Below, one piece after another: positions 28,961 through 40,569 of a DNA stretch of 55,064 nucleotides. The stretch spans positions 1 to 55,064 of the forward strand of contig JBQMQE010000002.1 in assembly GCA_052172655.1 (NCBI GenBank), written 5' to 3'. This DNA comes from Burkholderiales bacterium. GTDB taxonomy: Bacteria > Pseudomonadota > Gammaproteobacteria > Burkholderiales > SG8-39. Under the pieces are notes generated by a model, which was not told the origin of the DNA, did not search any database, and saw only the letters and a program-made list of their open reading frames with translations. Made by a program: the position numbers and the translations under genes. The first letter of the stretch is position 1. Each line of letters begins with the position of its first letter.

Positions 28961-29689
28961 TTGAGCACCCTGTTCATCTCCGACCTGCACCTTTGTGCCG
29001 GCCGGCCGCAGAGCAGCCGCAGTTTCTTCGGTTTCCTCGAGCGCGAGGCGCGCAGCGCGCGCTCTCTCTATATCCTGGGCGACCTGTTCGAGTATTGGGT
29101 CGGCGACGACGACCTGGATGACCCATTTAACGCCGCGGTAGTCGCCGCCCTCGCCCGCTTGGTCGCCGGCGGCGTCCCAACCTACCTGATGCACGGCAAC
29201 CGCGATTTCGTCATCGGCGAAGCGTTCGCGCGAGCTAGCGGAGTGACGCTGCTGCCGGATCCCACTTTGATCGAGCTGCACGGGCGGTCGGTCCTGCTGA
29301 TGCACGGCGACACCCTGTGCACGCTCGATCTGGAATACCAGGCGTTCCGGCGCGAAGCGCGCGGCCAAACCTGGATCAGCAATCTTCTGCACCAGCCCCT
29401 GGCCGAGCGCAAGGCTGCGGTCGAAGCGCTGCGCCGCAAAAGCGAGCAGGAGAAACGCGGCAAGCCGGCCGAAATCATGGATGTCGCGCCGGCCGAGGTC
29501 GAGGCTGTCTTGCGCCGCCACGGCTATCCGCGGCTGATCCACGGCCATACCCACCGCCCCGCCCGCCACGTGCACACGGTAGACGGCCATGCCTGCGAGC
29601 GCTGGGTGCTGGCGGACTGGTATCAGGGCGGCAGCTATCTCGTCTGCGACGCATCAGGCTGCCGCGCGGTGCAACTGGACGAGAACTGA
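28961..29689 (+). CDS. lpxH: UDP-2,3-diacylglucosamine diphosphatase LpxH
   Basis: TTG start. STLFISDLHLC..GDLFEYWVGDD..HGNRDF..HGD matches the E. coli LpxH N-terminus. Confidence 0.9.
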   Translation: MSTLFISDLHLCAGRPQSSRSFFGFLEREARSARSLYILGDLFEYWVGDDDLDDPFNAAVVAALARLVAGGVPTYLMHGNRDFVIGEAFARASGVTLLPDPTLIELHGRSVLLMHGDTLCTLDLEYQAFRREARGQTWISNLLHQPLAERKAAVEALRRKSEQEKRGKPAEIMDVAPAEVEAVLRRHGYPRLIHGHTHRPARHVHTVDGHACERWVLADWYQGGSYLVCDASGCRAVQLDEN

Positions 29690-29718
29690 AACCCGGCGCA
29701 CCGCCGCGATTTCCACCG

Positions 29719-30894
29719 TTACCGGTTTAAGCCGCGCTCCAGATCGGCCTGAATGTCGCCCAGCGCCTCCAGGCCGACCGCGACGCGCAGCAGCCCCTCG
29801 CCTATGCCCGCCGCCTTGCGCGCTTCGGCGCTGATGCGGCCGTGGGTGGTCGTGGCAGGATGGGTAATCGTGGTCTTGGTGTCGCCCAGATTGGCGGTGA
29901 TTGAAATCATGCGCGTCGCATCCACCACCTGCCAGGCCGCCTCGCGCCCCCCCTTGACCTCGAACGACACCACCGCGCCGCCCAAGCGCTGCTGCTTCTT
30001 CGCCAGCTCATATTGCGGATGAGAAGGCAGGCCGGGATAGTACACGCGCTCGATGCCGGGGCGCCGCTCCAGCCACTGTGCCAGTTGCAGTGCGGCCTGC
30101 GACTGCGTATCCATGCGTATGCGCAATGTTTCCAGCCCCTTCAGCAGCACCCAGGCATTGAAAGGGGACAGACTCGGCCCGGCAGTACGCAAAAAGCCGT
30201 AAACGCCGTCCATTACCGGTCCGCGCGGTCCGACCACCGCCCCGCCAAGCACCCTGCCTTGGCCGTCCAGGTACTTGGTCGCCGAATGGATCACCAGGTC
30301 CGCTCCGAGCTGCAGCGGCTGCTGCAGTGCCGGCGTGCAAAAGCAATTGTCCACCGCCAGCAGCGCCCCCACATGTTTGGCCACTGCCGCGAGTGCCGCG
30401 ATATCCGCGATCTCGGTAAGCGGGTTGGACGGTGTCTCGACAAACAGCAGCTTGGTGTTCGGGCGCACCGCCCTCTCCCAGGCGGGGACGCTGGCGCCGG
30501 CAACAAAAGTGGTGTCCACGCCAAACTTGCCGAGGATGTTGGAAAACAACTGCACCGTCGAGCCGAATACGCTGGCCGAGCACAGCACATGATCGCCCGT
30601 CTTGAGCAGGGCCATGGCCGTCGCCAGAATCGCGGACATGCCTGAGGCGGTGGCAACGCAGGCCTGCGCACCTTCGAGAGCCGCGAGGCGCTCCTGGAAT
30701 GCGCTCACCGTGGGATTGGTGAAGCGCGAATAGATATTGCCTTCCGCGCCGCCGGTGAAGCGCGCCGCCGCCTGGGCCGCATTCTCGAACACAAAACTCG
30801 AGGTGAGATACATCGCCTCGGAATGTTCGCCGAACTGGCTGCGGTGGATTCCGGCGCGCAGCGCCAGGGTATCGAATTCAATTTTATCGGCCAT
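29719..30894 (-). CDS. metZ: O-succinylhomoserine sulfhydrylase (Cys/Met-metabolism PLP enzyme)
   Basis: MADKIEFDTLALRAGI..YSRFTNPTV..SATKYLDGQG (PLP lysine). The start is the ATG at 30894 or 30906. Confidence 0.85.
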   Translation of the reverse strand: MADKIEFDTLALRAGIHRSQFGEHSEAMYLTSSFVFENAAQAAARFTGGAEGNIYSRFTNPTVSAFQERLAALEGAQACVATASGMSAILATAMALLKTGDHVLCSASVFGSTVQLFSNILGKFGVDTTFVAGASVPAWERAVRPNTKLLFVETPSNPLTEIADIAALAAVAKHVGALLAVDNCFCTPALQQPLQLGADLVIHSATKYLDGQGRVLGGAVVGPRGPVMDGVYGFLRTAGPSLSPFNAWVLLKGLETLRIRMDTQSQAALQLAQWLERRPGIERVYYPGLPSHPQYELAKKQQRLGGAVVSFEVKGGREAAWQVVDATRMISITANLGDTKTTITHPATTTHGRISAEARKAAGIGEGLLRVAVGLEALGDIQADLERGLNR

Positions 30895-30906
30895 GATTGC
30901 GTCCAT

Positions 30907-31027
30907 ATAAAAAGCAAAAAACCCGCTCAGCTTTGGCTAAGACGGGTTTCCCACGCTTTAGCTGTATTTGTTTGCCGGTCGGTAACCGGCGGCGCCCGCA
31001 AGCTATGCTTCAAATCGGCGCGGCATT
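30907..31027 (-). promoter_or_regulatory. Structured ~115-nt metZ leader; candidate riboswitch/attenuator (class not established)
   Basis: It starts just downstream of a TTGACA-N17-TAACGT promoter. It contains CGAUUUGAAGCAUAGCUUGC, a GCCGGU/ACCGGC hairpin, two AAAGC(U) elements and the terminator. AGCUUGCGGG can alternatively pair with the terminator's 5' arm and loop. Confidence 0.35.
30916..30949 (-). terminator. Intrinsic terminator hairpin inside the metZ 5' leader
   Basis: The minus-strand RNA reads AAACCCGUC-loop-GAGCGGGUUUUUU (one bulge, U6 tract). It ends 10 nt (ATG at 30906) or 22 nt (ATG at 30894) before the metZ start. Confidence 0.55.
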
Positions 31028-31056
31028 ACGTTACTACTGCAGCGCGCAGGTGTCAA
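31028..31056 (-). promoter_or_regulatory. Sigma70-type promoter TTGACA-N17-TAACGT for the metZ leader
   Basis: The perfect -35 is the rc of 31051-31056 and the -10 is the rc of 31028-31033. Confidence 0.45.
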
Positions 31057-31292
31057 ATTTGTATGCGACGCGCATGCCGCCGCATGCCGGGGGCGGACTT
31101 GCGCGCGGCGCGCGCCAACCGCGTTTTGGTCAAGACCGGGACGGCGTGGTTTATCTACAAGATCGTCGATTGCACGCGGATGCGTTCTTCATCCGTGCGC
31201 AATCGGCGACGCGCGCGGACGGTACTTCGTCGACGCGACATCGCAACTCTACAATGACGTCGAGGTGCAATTTAAGCCGCCACGCACTGATG

Positions 31293-32816
<1,524 letters not shown>

Positions 32817-32820
32817 GGTT

Positions 32821-33309
32821 TCACCTGTAACGGATGCGTTGCGCCAAATCTTTCGGCAGCGCCGGCCTGGCAGCAAGCACCGCAGTTTCAACTGGGCCGG
32901 ACAGCGCGGCCTCGCGCCAGAAAGGCTCCTTCGGCAAGCTGGTCAGTCCGGCGAACATCACGCCTACGAACACGATCACCGCCCCACGCAGGAACCCAAA
33001 CAAGGCGCCTACGGCGCGGTCGGTGAAACCCAGGCCTGCCGCGTGAAACAGCTTCGCCAGCAGCAAGCCGATCGTTCCGGACAACAGCAGCACGCCGAGG
33101 AAAATCAATATGTAAGCGATGACCGCCCTCAGCATATGCGACAAACCCGCGGGCAGCCACTGCGCCAGTTCCTGCGCAAACAGCCCCGACAGGATCAGGG
33201 CCGCCGCCCACCCCGCCAGCGAGGCGATTTCCCGCACCACTCCGCGAAATACCGCCAACAGCACCGACAGGCTGACGATGACGACTACGGCATAATCAAA
33301 CCACGTCAT
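32821..33309 (-). CDS. cvpA: Colicin V production protein CvpA (membrane protein)
   Basis: 162 aa with 4 TM segments, in the conserved position upstream of purF. Confidence 0.85.
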   Translation of the reverse strand: MTWFDYAVVVIVSLSVLLAVFRGVVREIASLAGWAAALILSGLFAQELAQWLPAGLSHMLRAVIAYILIFLGVLLLSGTIGLLLAKLFHAAGLGFTDRAVGALFGFLRGAVIVFVGVMFAGLTSLPKEPFWREAALSGPVETAVLAARPALPKDLAQRIRYR

Positions 33310-33899
33310 CGGCTTAAGACGGCGCCGGGTTTGAGTCCCATCGCTTCCAGCTTGACACGCGCCTTCTCCGCGGCCTCCTTGCTGGCAAAAGGCCCGGCGC
33401 GCACGCGCGTCAACTCGCCCTTGCTGGTCTTCACCGGTTCAGTATATGACTTAATCCCCGCCGCAGAAAGCCTGGTGCGCAGTTGCTTTACGTTCTTGCT
33501 ATCGGAGAATGCATCGAGGGCCACGACCCAGGCATGGTCATTGAGCGCCGCCCGCGCCTGCAACTCCCCGGCCCTTCTTTGCGCCTTGTCCGCCTCCTGC
33601 GCTACCGCCGGCTCTGCCTTGGCCATTGCTGTGGCTGCCTTGGGCGCCGACGGTTCGGCAACGACCGGGGCGATCTCGACTTTCTTTTCGGGCGCCGGCG
33701 CGGCCGGCACAACACGGGGACTGAAACCGCCAGATTCCTGATTGGGGATCTGCACGCTGAGCAGCGGACCGGTCGGGCCAGGCTCCTTATCCAGAATGAG
33801 CGGCAGAATGATGACGACGAAAGCCACCAATGCGATGGCGCCGACCAGGCGGCGCCGGGCTCGCCGTTTCAGCTGCAGGGCTTCTTCGCTTTCCGCCAT
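33306..33899 (-). CDS. SPOR domain-containing cell-division protein (DedD-like)
   Basis: N-terminal TM segment, Pro/Ala-rich linker and a C-terminal SPOR domain (..RVRAGPFASKEAAEKARVKLEAMG). It has an ATGA overlap with cvpA. Confidence 0.75.
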   Translation of the reverse strand: MAESEEALQLKRRARRRLVGAIALVAFVVIILPLILDKEPGPTGPLLSVQIPNQESGGFSPRVVPAAPAPEKKVEIAPVVAEPSAPKAATAMAKAEPAVAQEADKAQRRAGELQARAALNDHAWVVALDAFSDSKNVKQLRTRLSAAGIKSYTEPVKTSKGELTRVRAGPFASKEAAEKARVKLEAMGLKPGAVLSR

Positions 33900-34021
33900 C
33901 TACGCCTTTGAGTTCATTGCAAAATGAGGGGATCAAGGTGGGAAAGCACGGGTCCCACGCCTTCCTTGGCCCTTCATGCTCCTCCAAGTTTGGGGCCATT
34001 GTGACGATACTGAAACGGCCA

Positions 34022-35293
34022 CTAACGCTCTCCCCGGGCGGCGATCACTCCCGCCACGGTAAGAAAGGATCCGAACACAACAATTCTATCATTTTCGACG
34101 ACACCGCTGCACGCAGCCGCATAGGCTTGCGCCGGATTTTCGAACTCGCGCACCGCGTCCAACCCCGCGTGCCGCAGCGCCTGCGCCAGTTCCGTCGCCT
34201 GCGCGCCGCGCGGCGGCAGCAGGCTGCAGACAAACCACCGGTCTATGTGCTTTGCGAGCAAGCTCACCACGCCGGCGATGTCCTTGTCGCGCAGCATCCC
34301 GAATACTGCCGAGGTGCGCGAACATGGCCCCAGATCGGATAGATTTTGCGCGAGTACTGCGGCCGCCTGCGGGTTGTGTCCTACGTCGAGCACCACTTCA
34401 GGCCGCCCCGGCAACAGTTGAAAACGCCCCGGCAATTCGACCTCGCCCAGACCCTGGCGCAGGTCGCGCATGGAAACGGGCAAACGTTCGCGCAGCGTTT
34501 CCAATGCCGCCAGCGCCGCGCTCGCATTTTGCAGTTGGATCGCGCCTCGCAACACGGGGCGGGGCAAGCCGGATTTCCTACCCTCCGACCCCCAGAAGGA
34601 CCATAGCCCGCCCTCATCCCGGTAGCCGAATTCCTGCCCGATGCGCAGCAACCGCGCGCCAATTGCCTGCGCGTGCGCCGGCACCGACGCCGGCGCCGCC
34701 GGATCAGCAAGCACGGCCGGTTTTCCGGCACGGAAAATTCCGGCCTTTTCAAAGCCGATGACCTCGCGCGTGGCACCCAGGTAATCCATGTGATCCAGTC
34801 CGACGCTGGTGACTATGGCGCAATCGGCGTCAAAGGCATTCACCGCATCCAGGCGTCCGCCCATGCCGACTTCGAGCAGCAGCACGTCCACCGCATTGCG
34901 CAGGAACAGGTCCACTGCGGCGAGGGTGCCAAATTCGAAATAGGTCAGCCGCGTAGCGGCGCCTTGTTCGGTCCTTGCCGCCTCCACCCGCGCGAACGCC
35001 GCAGCGAGCGCCGCATCATCGACCTCCCGCCGTGCGATGCGCACGCGCTCGTTGTAGCGCAACAGGTGCGGCGAAGTGTAGAGGCCGACGCGGTAGCCCG
35101 CCGCCGCGAGGATCGCTTCCAGCATGGCGCAGGTCGAGCCTTTGCCGTTGGTGCCGGCGACCGTGATGACCGGCACCGCGGGCGCGAGGCCCATCGCGTC
35201 GCGCACGCGACCGACCCGCTCCAGCCCGAGCGCGATGCTCTGCGGATGCTGCTGCTCGATATAGGCGAGCCAGCCGGCGAGATCTTTTGCCAA
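34022..35293 (-). CDS. folC: Bifunctional folylpolyglutamate synthase/dihydrofolate synthase
   Basis: Mur-ligase P-loop VAGTNGKGST; 423 aa, in the conserved accD-folC context. Confidence 0.9.
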   Translation of the reverse strand: MAKDLAGWLAYIEQQHPQSIALGLERVGRVRDAMGLAPAVPVITVAGTNGKGSTCAMLEAILAAAGYRVGLYTSPHLLRYNERVRIARREVDDAALAAAFARVEAARTEQGAATRLTYFEFGTLAAVDLFLRNAVDVLLLEVGMGGRLDAVNAFDADCAIVTSVGLDHMDYLGATREVIGFEKAGIFRAGKPAVLADPAAPASVPAHAQAIGARLLRIGQEFGYRDEGGLWSFWGSEGRKSGLPRPVLRGAIQLQNASAALAALETLRERLPVSMRDLRQGLGEVELPGRFQLLPGRPEVVLDVGHNPQAAAVLAQNLSDLGPCSRTSAVFGMLRDKDIAGVVSLLAKHIDRWFVCSLLPPRGAQATELAQALRHAGLDAVREFENPAQAYAAACSGVVENDRIVVFGSFLTVAGVIAARGER

Positions 35294-35311
35294 AGCGAAA
35301 CGCCGATGACG

Positions 35312-36181
35312 TCAGTTGGACTCTGGCACGATGCGCATCAACAGCGTAATCAACTGCGCCAGCCGATCACGCATCTGGCGCCGGTCGACGATCATGTCGA
35401 TGGCGCCCTTTTCCAGCAGGAACTCGGCGCGCTGGAAACCTTCAGGCAGTTTCTCGCGCACGGTCTGCTCGATCACGCGCGGGCCGGCGAAACCGATCAG
35501 CGCCCGCGGCTCAGCGATGATCACGTCGCCGAGCATGGCGAAGCTGGCCGACACGCCTCCCATGGTGGGATCGGCAAGCACCGAAATGAAAGGCAGCTTG
35601 CGCGCTGTGAGCTGGGTCAGCACCGCCGTGGTCTTGGCCATCTGCATCAGCGACAACAGCCCCTCTTGCATGCGTGCGCCGCCGGTGGCGGTGAAGCATA
35701 CGAAGGGCAGGTTCTGCTCTACGCATACATGCACACCGCGCACGAAGCGTTCGCCCACCACCGAGCCCATCGATCCGCCCATGAATTCAAACTCGAACAC
35801 GGCCGCAACCAGCGGGACGTTCTTGATTGCGCCTTGCATCACCACCAATGCGTCGGTTTCGCCGGTCTGGCGCTGCGCGTCCGCGAGGCGGTCGCCATAG
35901 CGCTTGCTGTCCTTGAATTTGAGGCTGTCCACCGGCAACACTTCGGCACCGATCTCGAATCGGCCCTCGGGGTCGAGCAGCATGTCGATGCGCGCGCGCG
36001 CCGACAGGCGGTTATGGTAGTTGCACTTGGGACAGACGTTGAGGTTTTTTTCCAGATCGGTGGCGTACAGCACCGCGTCGCAGGACGCGCATTTGATCCA
36101 CAGCCCTTCGGGTACGGCACGCTTGCTCGGGCCGATCGCGCGCTTGATCTTGGGCGGCAGCAGTTTCTGCAACCAGCTCAT
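35312..36181 (-). CDS. accD: Acetyl-CoA carboxylase carboxyltransferase beta subunit
   Basis: The real start is [13 protein letters not shown] (ATG at 36181, ATGA overlap with the trpA stop). Zinc ribbon [16 protein letters not shown]. Confidence 0.93.
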   Translation of the reverse strand: MSWLQKLLPPKIKRAIGPSKRAVPEGLWIKCASCDAVLYATDLEKNLNVCPKCNYHNRLSARARIDMLLDPEGRFEIGAEVLPVDSLKFKDSKRYGDRLADAQRQTGETDALVVMQGAIKNVPLVAAVFEFEFMGGSMGSVVGERFVRGVHVCVEQNLPFVCFTATGGARMQEGLLSLMQMAKTTAVLTQLTARKLPFISVLADPTMGGVSASFAMLGDVIIAEPRALIGFAGPRVIEQTVREKLPEGFQRAEFLLEKGAIDMIVDRRQMRDRLAQLITLLMRIVPESN

Positions 36182-36978
36182 ATTGCATCCAGCGCTGCGC
36201 GTATGCCTTGGAGGAAGCTGCGCGCGCGCAGCACCTGCTCGCCTGTGGGAGCAGCTTCCATTTCCTGGATGATGGCGCTGCCGATGACCACCGCATCGGC
36301 GAACTGCGCCACAGCCTTGGCCGTGGCGGCGTTGCGGATACCGAAACCTACACCCACCGGCAGCTTGGTCTCGCGCCGAATCCGGGCAATCTTCTCCGCC
36401 ACCTCGGCCAGATCGAGGTGGCCGGCCCCGGTGACGCCTTTGAGCGAAACGTAATACAGGTAACCGCTGGCGAGCTTGGCCACCTGCGCGATGCGCGCTT
36501 CGCCAGAGGTCGGCGCAAGCAGAAAAATCAGGTCCATGCCGTGGCTGCGCACGAGGGCGGCAAAGGGCTCGCACTCCTCCGGCGGATAGTCGACCACCAG
36601 AACGCCGTCCACGCCGGCTTGCTGCGCCTCCTCGACGAAGCGCGCGGCTCCCATCGCCTCAATCGGATTGGCATAGCCCATCAGCACCACCGGCGTGGTC
36701 TGATTCGCAGTACGAAACTCGCGCACGAACGCGAGCACCCGGTCCAGGCCGACGCCGTGGCGCAGAGCGCGATCGCTTGCGCGCTGGATCACCGGGCCGT
36801 CGGCCATGGGGTCGGAGAACGGCACGCCGAGTTCGATCACGTCCGCGCCCGCCTCGACCAGCGCATGCATCAGCGGCACCGTCATGCCGGGTTCGGGATC
36901 GCCCGCGGTGACGAACGGAATCAGCGCCTTGCGCCGGCTCTTGGCAAGTTGCTCGAACGTGGCCTGGATGCGGGACAT
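36178..36978 (-). CDS. trpA: Tryptophan synthase alpha chain
   Basis: [29 protein letters not shown]; 266 aa. Confidence 0.95.
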   Translation of the reverse strand: MSRIQATFEQLAKSRRKALIPFVTAGDPEPGMTVPLMHALVEAGADVIELGVPFSDPMADGPVIQRASDRALRHGVGLDRVLAFVREFRTANQTTPVVLMGYANPIEAMGAARFVEEAQQAGVDGVLVVDYPPEECEPFAALVRSHGMDLIFLLAPTSGEARIAQVAKLASGYLYYVSLKGVTGAGHLDLAEVAEKIARIRRETKLPVGVGFGIRNAATAKAVAQFADAVVIGSAIIQEMEAAPTGEQVLRARSFLQGIRAALDAI

Positions 36979-37060
36979 TGGGATTTCACCGTACGGAAAA
37001 AAGATTCAGCGCGAAGTAGGATGCTGATTGTGCGCCAAGATTTAAATCCGCGCGCGCATT

Positions 37061-37912
37061 CTAGACTGTCCCTGCCTTATCGAACAGATCCGGCGTAAAT
37101 GGCTTTCCCTCGGGTTCTCTGCGTCCTTTGCGGTTCGCGCTCATTTCGCCGTTGCGCGCCTCGGCCACGCGCTTCTCGACGATTCCAAAATAATCCGGAT
37201 TGAGTTCGAAGCCGACGAAACGCCGTCCTTGCCGGATCGCCGCCGCCGCCGAAGTTCCGCTGCCCATGAAGGGGTCGAGCACGGTGCCGCCTGAAGGGCA
37301 GCTCGCCAGCACCATGCGCTCGATGATTTCCAGCGGCTTTTGCGTCGGATGGTCCTCGCGCTCGCCGTGCTGGCGATGCAGACGCGACACGCTCCACACG
37401 TCCTTGGGGTTGTAGCCTTGTTCCAGCCATTTCTTGCCGACGAATATGGAGCGCGAGCGTGCCTTCTTGGTTTCGGCGTCATAAGGAATGCGCACCGCAT
37501 CGACGTCGAAGTGGTAGTCGCGCGAGTTGACGAAGAAACCGATGTTGTCGTGCACCGAGGAGAATTTGCGCGTGCTGCCGCCCATGCTCGGGACCCTGCG
37601 GTCCCAGATGATCTCGTTCACCATGGCGAGCCGGGTCTTGAGATAGCTGAATACTTCCGGGCTGTGCTGCCAGGTGAGAAATACGTACAGGCTGCCGTTC
37701 GCCTTCAGCTTGGGCACGACGGCGTCGATCCAGCGCCGGCTCCAGGCGAGGTATTCGTGCGCGGCCAGGCGATCGGAGTCGTTGCCGTAGTCCTTGCCCA
37801 GACCATAGGGCGGATCTGCAATGACCAGATCCACCGAGGCGTCGGCGAGACGCAAAATGCCCGTCAGGGCGTCCTCGTTGTAGAGCAGCGCGCTCATCGG
37901 GGATTGCGTCAA
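37061..37912 (-). CDS. Orphan beta-class DNA methyltransferase (N6-adenine or N4-cytosine) embedded in the trp operon
   Basis: Motif IV DPPY (VIADPPYG) near the N-terminus and motif [10 protein letters not shown] near the C-terminus give beta-class order. No restriction-enzyme ORF is adjacent. The start is TTG at 37912 (overlaps the trpB TGA) or ATG at 37897. Confidence 0.85.
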   Translation of the reverse strand: MTQSPMSALLYNEDALTGILRLADASVDLVIADPPYGLGKDYGNDSDRLAAHEYLAWSRRWIDAVVPKLKANGSLYVFLTWQHSPEVFSYLKTRLAMVNEIIWDRRVPSMGGSTRKFSSVHDNIGFFVNSRDYHFDVDAVRIPYDAETKKARSRSIFVGKKWLEQGYNPKDVWSVSRLHRQHGEREDHPTQKPLEIIERMVLASCPSGGTVLDPFMGSGTSAAAAIRQGRRFVGFELNPDYFGIVEKRVAEARNGEMSANRKGRREPEGKPFTPDLFDKAGTV

Positions 37913-39108
37913 AACTGGATGCCTGATTTCTCGGCGACCGTGTGCATGTCCTTGTCGCCGCGGCCGGACAAGTTCACCAGGAGAATCTTGTCTTTACGCA
38001 TGCCCGGCGCGATTTTCGCCGCATGCGCCAGCGCATGGCTGGATTCCAGCGCCGGAATGATGCCCTCGTAATGACACAAGTCGTGAAACGCCTTGAGCGC
38101 TTCGTCGTCGGTGATGGTGGTGTATTCGGCGCGGCCCGAGTCCTTCAGCCAGGCATGCTCCGGCCCCACGCCCGGGTAGTCGAGGCCGGCAGAAATCGAA
38201 TGCGTCTCGATGATTTGGCCGTGCGCATCCTGCAATAAGTAGGTCCGGTTGCCATGCAACACCCCGGGCCGGCCGGCGGTCAGGGAAGCGGCGTGCTTGC
38301 CGCTTGCGAGGCCTAGACCTGCCGCCTCCACGCCGATCAAACGCACGCCATCGAGCGGGATATAGGGATAGAAAATGCCCATCGCGTTGGAGCCGCCGCC
38401 GACGCAGGCGATGACCGCATCGGGATGGCGCCCCGTGAGTTCCGGCACCTGCTGCAGGCATTCCTCGCCGATCACCGACTGGAAATCGCGCACCATCATC
38501 GGGTAAGGATGCGGTCCGGCGACGGTGCCGATGATGTAATAGGTGTTGTGGATATTGGTCACCCAGTCGCGCATGGCTTCGTTCAGCGCGTCTTTCAGCG
38601 TCTTCGAACCCGACTCCACCGGAACCACGCTGGCACCGAGAGTTTTCATGCGATGGACGTTTGCCGCCTGGCGCCGGATATCCTCCGATCCCATATACAC
38701 CACGCATTCCAGGCCGTAGCGGGCTGCGACTGTGGCCGAAGCCACGCCATGCATGCCGGCACCGGTCTCGGCGATGATGCGCGCCTTGCCCATGCGCCGC
38801 GCCAGCATGGCCTGCCCGAGCGTATTGTTGATTTTGTGGGCGCCAGTATGGTTGAGATCTTCGCGCTTGAGGTAGATCTGCGCTCCGCCGAGCAGGCCCG
38901 ACCAGCGCTGGCAGTGATAGACCGGGCTCGGACGGCCGACGTAGTGCTTCAGGTCGTAGCGGAACTCGGCGATGAACTCCGGATCGCTGCGGTATTTCTC
39001 GTAGGCGAGCCTGAGTTCGTCCAGCGCCTGAATCAGGGTCTCGGCAACGAATATGCCGCCGTACGGTCCGAAATGTCCGTGGCTGTCCGGCAGATCATGC
39101 ATTTTCAT
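37909..39108 (-). CDS. trpB: Tryptophan synthase beta chain
   Basis: [15 protein letters not shown].., HTGAHKINN (PLP lysine), GGGSNAMG. Confidence 0.96.
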   Translation of the reverse strand: MKMHDLPDSHGHFGPYGGIFVAETLIQALDELRLAYEKYRSDPEFIAEFRYDLKHYVGRPSPVYHCQRWSGLLGGAQIYLKREDLNHTGAHKINNTLGQAMLARRMGKARIIAETGAGMHGVASATVAARYGLECVVYMGSEDIRRQAANVHRMKTLGASVVPVESGSKTLKDALNEAMRDWVTNIHNTYYIIGTVAGPHPYPMMVRDFQSVIGEECLQQVPELTGRHPDAVIACVGGGSNAMGIFYPYIPLDGVRLIGVEAAGLGLASGKHAASLTAGRPGVLHGNRTYLLQDAHGQIIETHSISAGLDYPGVGPEHAWLKDSGRAEYTTITDDEALKAFHDLCHYEGIIPALESSHALAHAAKIAPGMRKDKILLVNLSGRGDKDMHTVAEKSGIQF

Positions 39109-39718
39109 TCTTGACTCCCGTTACGAAGGCCGCGATTTTCGCGACGTCCTTGACACCTTTGCCCGCTTCCACGCCGCTGGACACGTCCACCGCCCAAGGC
39201 CGGACCTGGCGCACGGCCGCGCCCACGTTGCCCGGCGTAAGCCCGCCCGAGAGTATGACGGGCCTGGCCAGGTCGCGCGGGATCAACTTCCAGTCGAAAG
39301 ACTCGCCGGTGCCGCCGTAAAGTTGGTCATGGTAGGCGTCCAGCAGCCAGCCCTGCGCCGCGCCATAGAGCGACAGGTATTGTACCAAATCGGTATCTGC
39401 CCTGACCCGCGCGGCCTTGATGTAAGGCAGGCCGAAACTGGCGCAGAAATCGGGCGCTTCGTCGCCGTGAAATTGCAGCAAGTTGATCGGGCAGCCGCGC
39501 AGCACCGACTCGACCTGATTGCGCGTCGGATCGACGAACAGGCCTACCACGGTTACGAAAGGCGGAACTGCCGCAGAAATCGCGCGCGCCTGATCCAAGC
39601 TTACGTTGCGCGGGCTGGGCGCATAGAACACCAGACCGATGGCGTCGGCGCCCAATTGCGCCGCGGCGCGCGCATCCTCTACTCGCGTGATGCCGCAGAT
39701 CTTGACTCGCGTCCTCAT
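39095..39718 (-). CDS. trpF: Phosphoribosylanthranilate isomerase
   Basis: The real start is [11 protein letters not shown] (ATG at 39718, ATGA overlap with the truA stop). 207 aa; the 3' end overlaps the trpB start. Confidence 0.9.
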   Translation of the reverse strand: MRTRVKICGITRVEDARAAAQLGADAIGLVFYAPSPRNVSLDQARAISAAVPPFVTVVGLFVDPTRNQVESVLRGCPINLLQFHGDEAPDFCASFGLPYIKAARVRADTDLVQYLSLYGAAQGWLLDAYHDQLYGGTGESFDWKLIPRDLARPVILSGGLTPGNVGAAVRQVRPWAVDVSSGVEAGKGVKDVAKIAAFVTGVKNENA

Positions 39719-40512
39719 ACCAACACCTGCTCGGGAAAAGCGATTCGACTGGATTCGAAGTCGGGCAGCCTCCACCCGGGGGCGTATTCCACCGCCGCAA
39801 GATACAGCCCATCCGGGGAGAACGTCGGTGCTGCCCGGCAACGATCGCGGCCCGCCAGTACCTCGGCCAGCCAACCCGGAGGATACTTCCCCTTGCCCAC
39901 GTATACCAGGCAGCCGACGATATTGCGCACCATGTGGTGCAGGAAGCCGTTGGCGGTGAACTCGAAGCTGAGAAGCGCACCACGCCGCTCTATGGCCCAG
40001 CGCCGCAAGGTGCGCACCGGGCTCTTCGCCTGGCACTCGCTCGAGCGAAACGCACTGAAGTCGTGTTCGCCCGCAAGATGGGTCAGCGCCGAGCGCATCG
40101 CTTCCGCGTCCAGCGGCAGATGGAACCAGCCCACCCGGCCATGGTGCAATGCCGGCCGCACCGGATGATTGTAGAGTACATAACGATAGGTGCGCGAGAC
40201 GGCCGAATAACGTGCATGAAAATCGTCGGCCACCGGCGCAGCCCATTGCACCGCCACGGACTGCGCCAGCAGCGTGTTGACGCCGCGCACCCAGGCCGAT
40301 TGCGGGCGCATCGCAGCGGTCTCGAAATGCGCCACCTGTGCCAAGGCATGCACGCCGGCATCGGTGCGGCCGGCCGCGGCAAGGCGCACCCGCTCTCCGG
40401 CGATGGACGCCAGCGCGCGCTCCAGGTGATCCTGGACGGTATCACCGGACGGCTGCGATTGCCAGCCGTGGAAACGGCTGCCGTCGTACTCTATGCCAAT
40501 TGCGATTTTCAT
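39715..40512 (-). CDS. truA: tRNA pseudouridine(38-40) synthase
   Basis: [30 protein letters not shown] (catalytic Asp). Confidence 0.92.
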   Translation of the reverse strand: MKIAIGIEYDGSRFHGWQSQPSGDTVQDHLERALASIAGERVRLAAAGRTDAGVHALAQVAHFETAAMRPQSAWVRGVNTLLAQSVAVQWAAPVADDFHARYSAVSRTYRYVLYNHPVRPALHHGRVGWFHLPLDAEAMRSALTHLAGEHDFSAFRSSECQAKSPVRTLRRWAIERRGALLSFEFTANGFLHHMVRNIVGCLVYVGKGKYPPGWLAEVLAGRDRCRAAPTFSPDGLYLAAVEYAPGWRLPDFESSRIAFPEQVLV

Positions 40513-40569
40513 TGTTCCAAAAAACAAAACCCCGGGGCATGCCCGGGGTCGATTCAATCTTGCGCGGTG

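Noticed and set aside
37050-37063. 12-nt identity CTAGAATGCGCG between the tRNA-Val promoter (14744-14755) and the MTase-trpA spacer, considered as a shared promoter module.
   Set aside because: By a rough estimate, a window this size should contain many chance 12-mer matches. The candidate -35 in the trpA spacer is poor.
37061-37912. The MTase as part of a restriction-modification or other defence system.
   Set aside because: There is no nuclease, specificity subunit or helicase ORF within the flanking trpB/trpA genes. It behaves as a solitary MTase.
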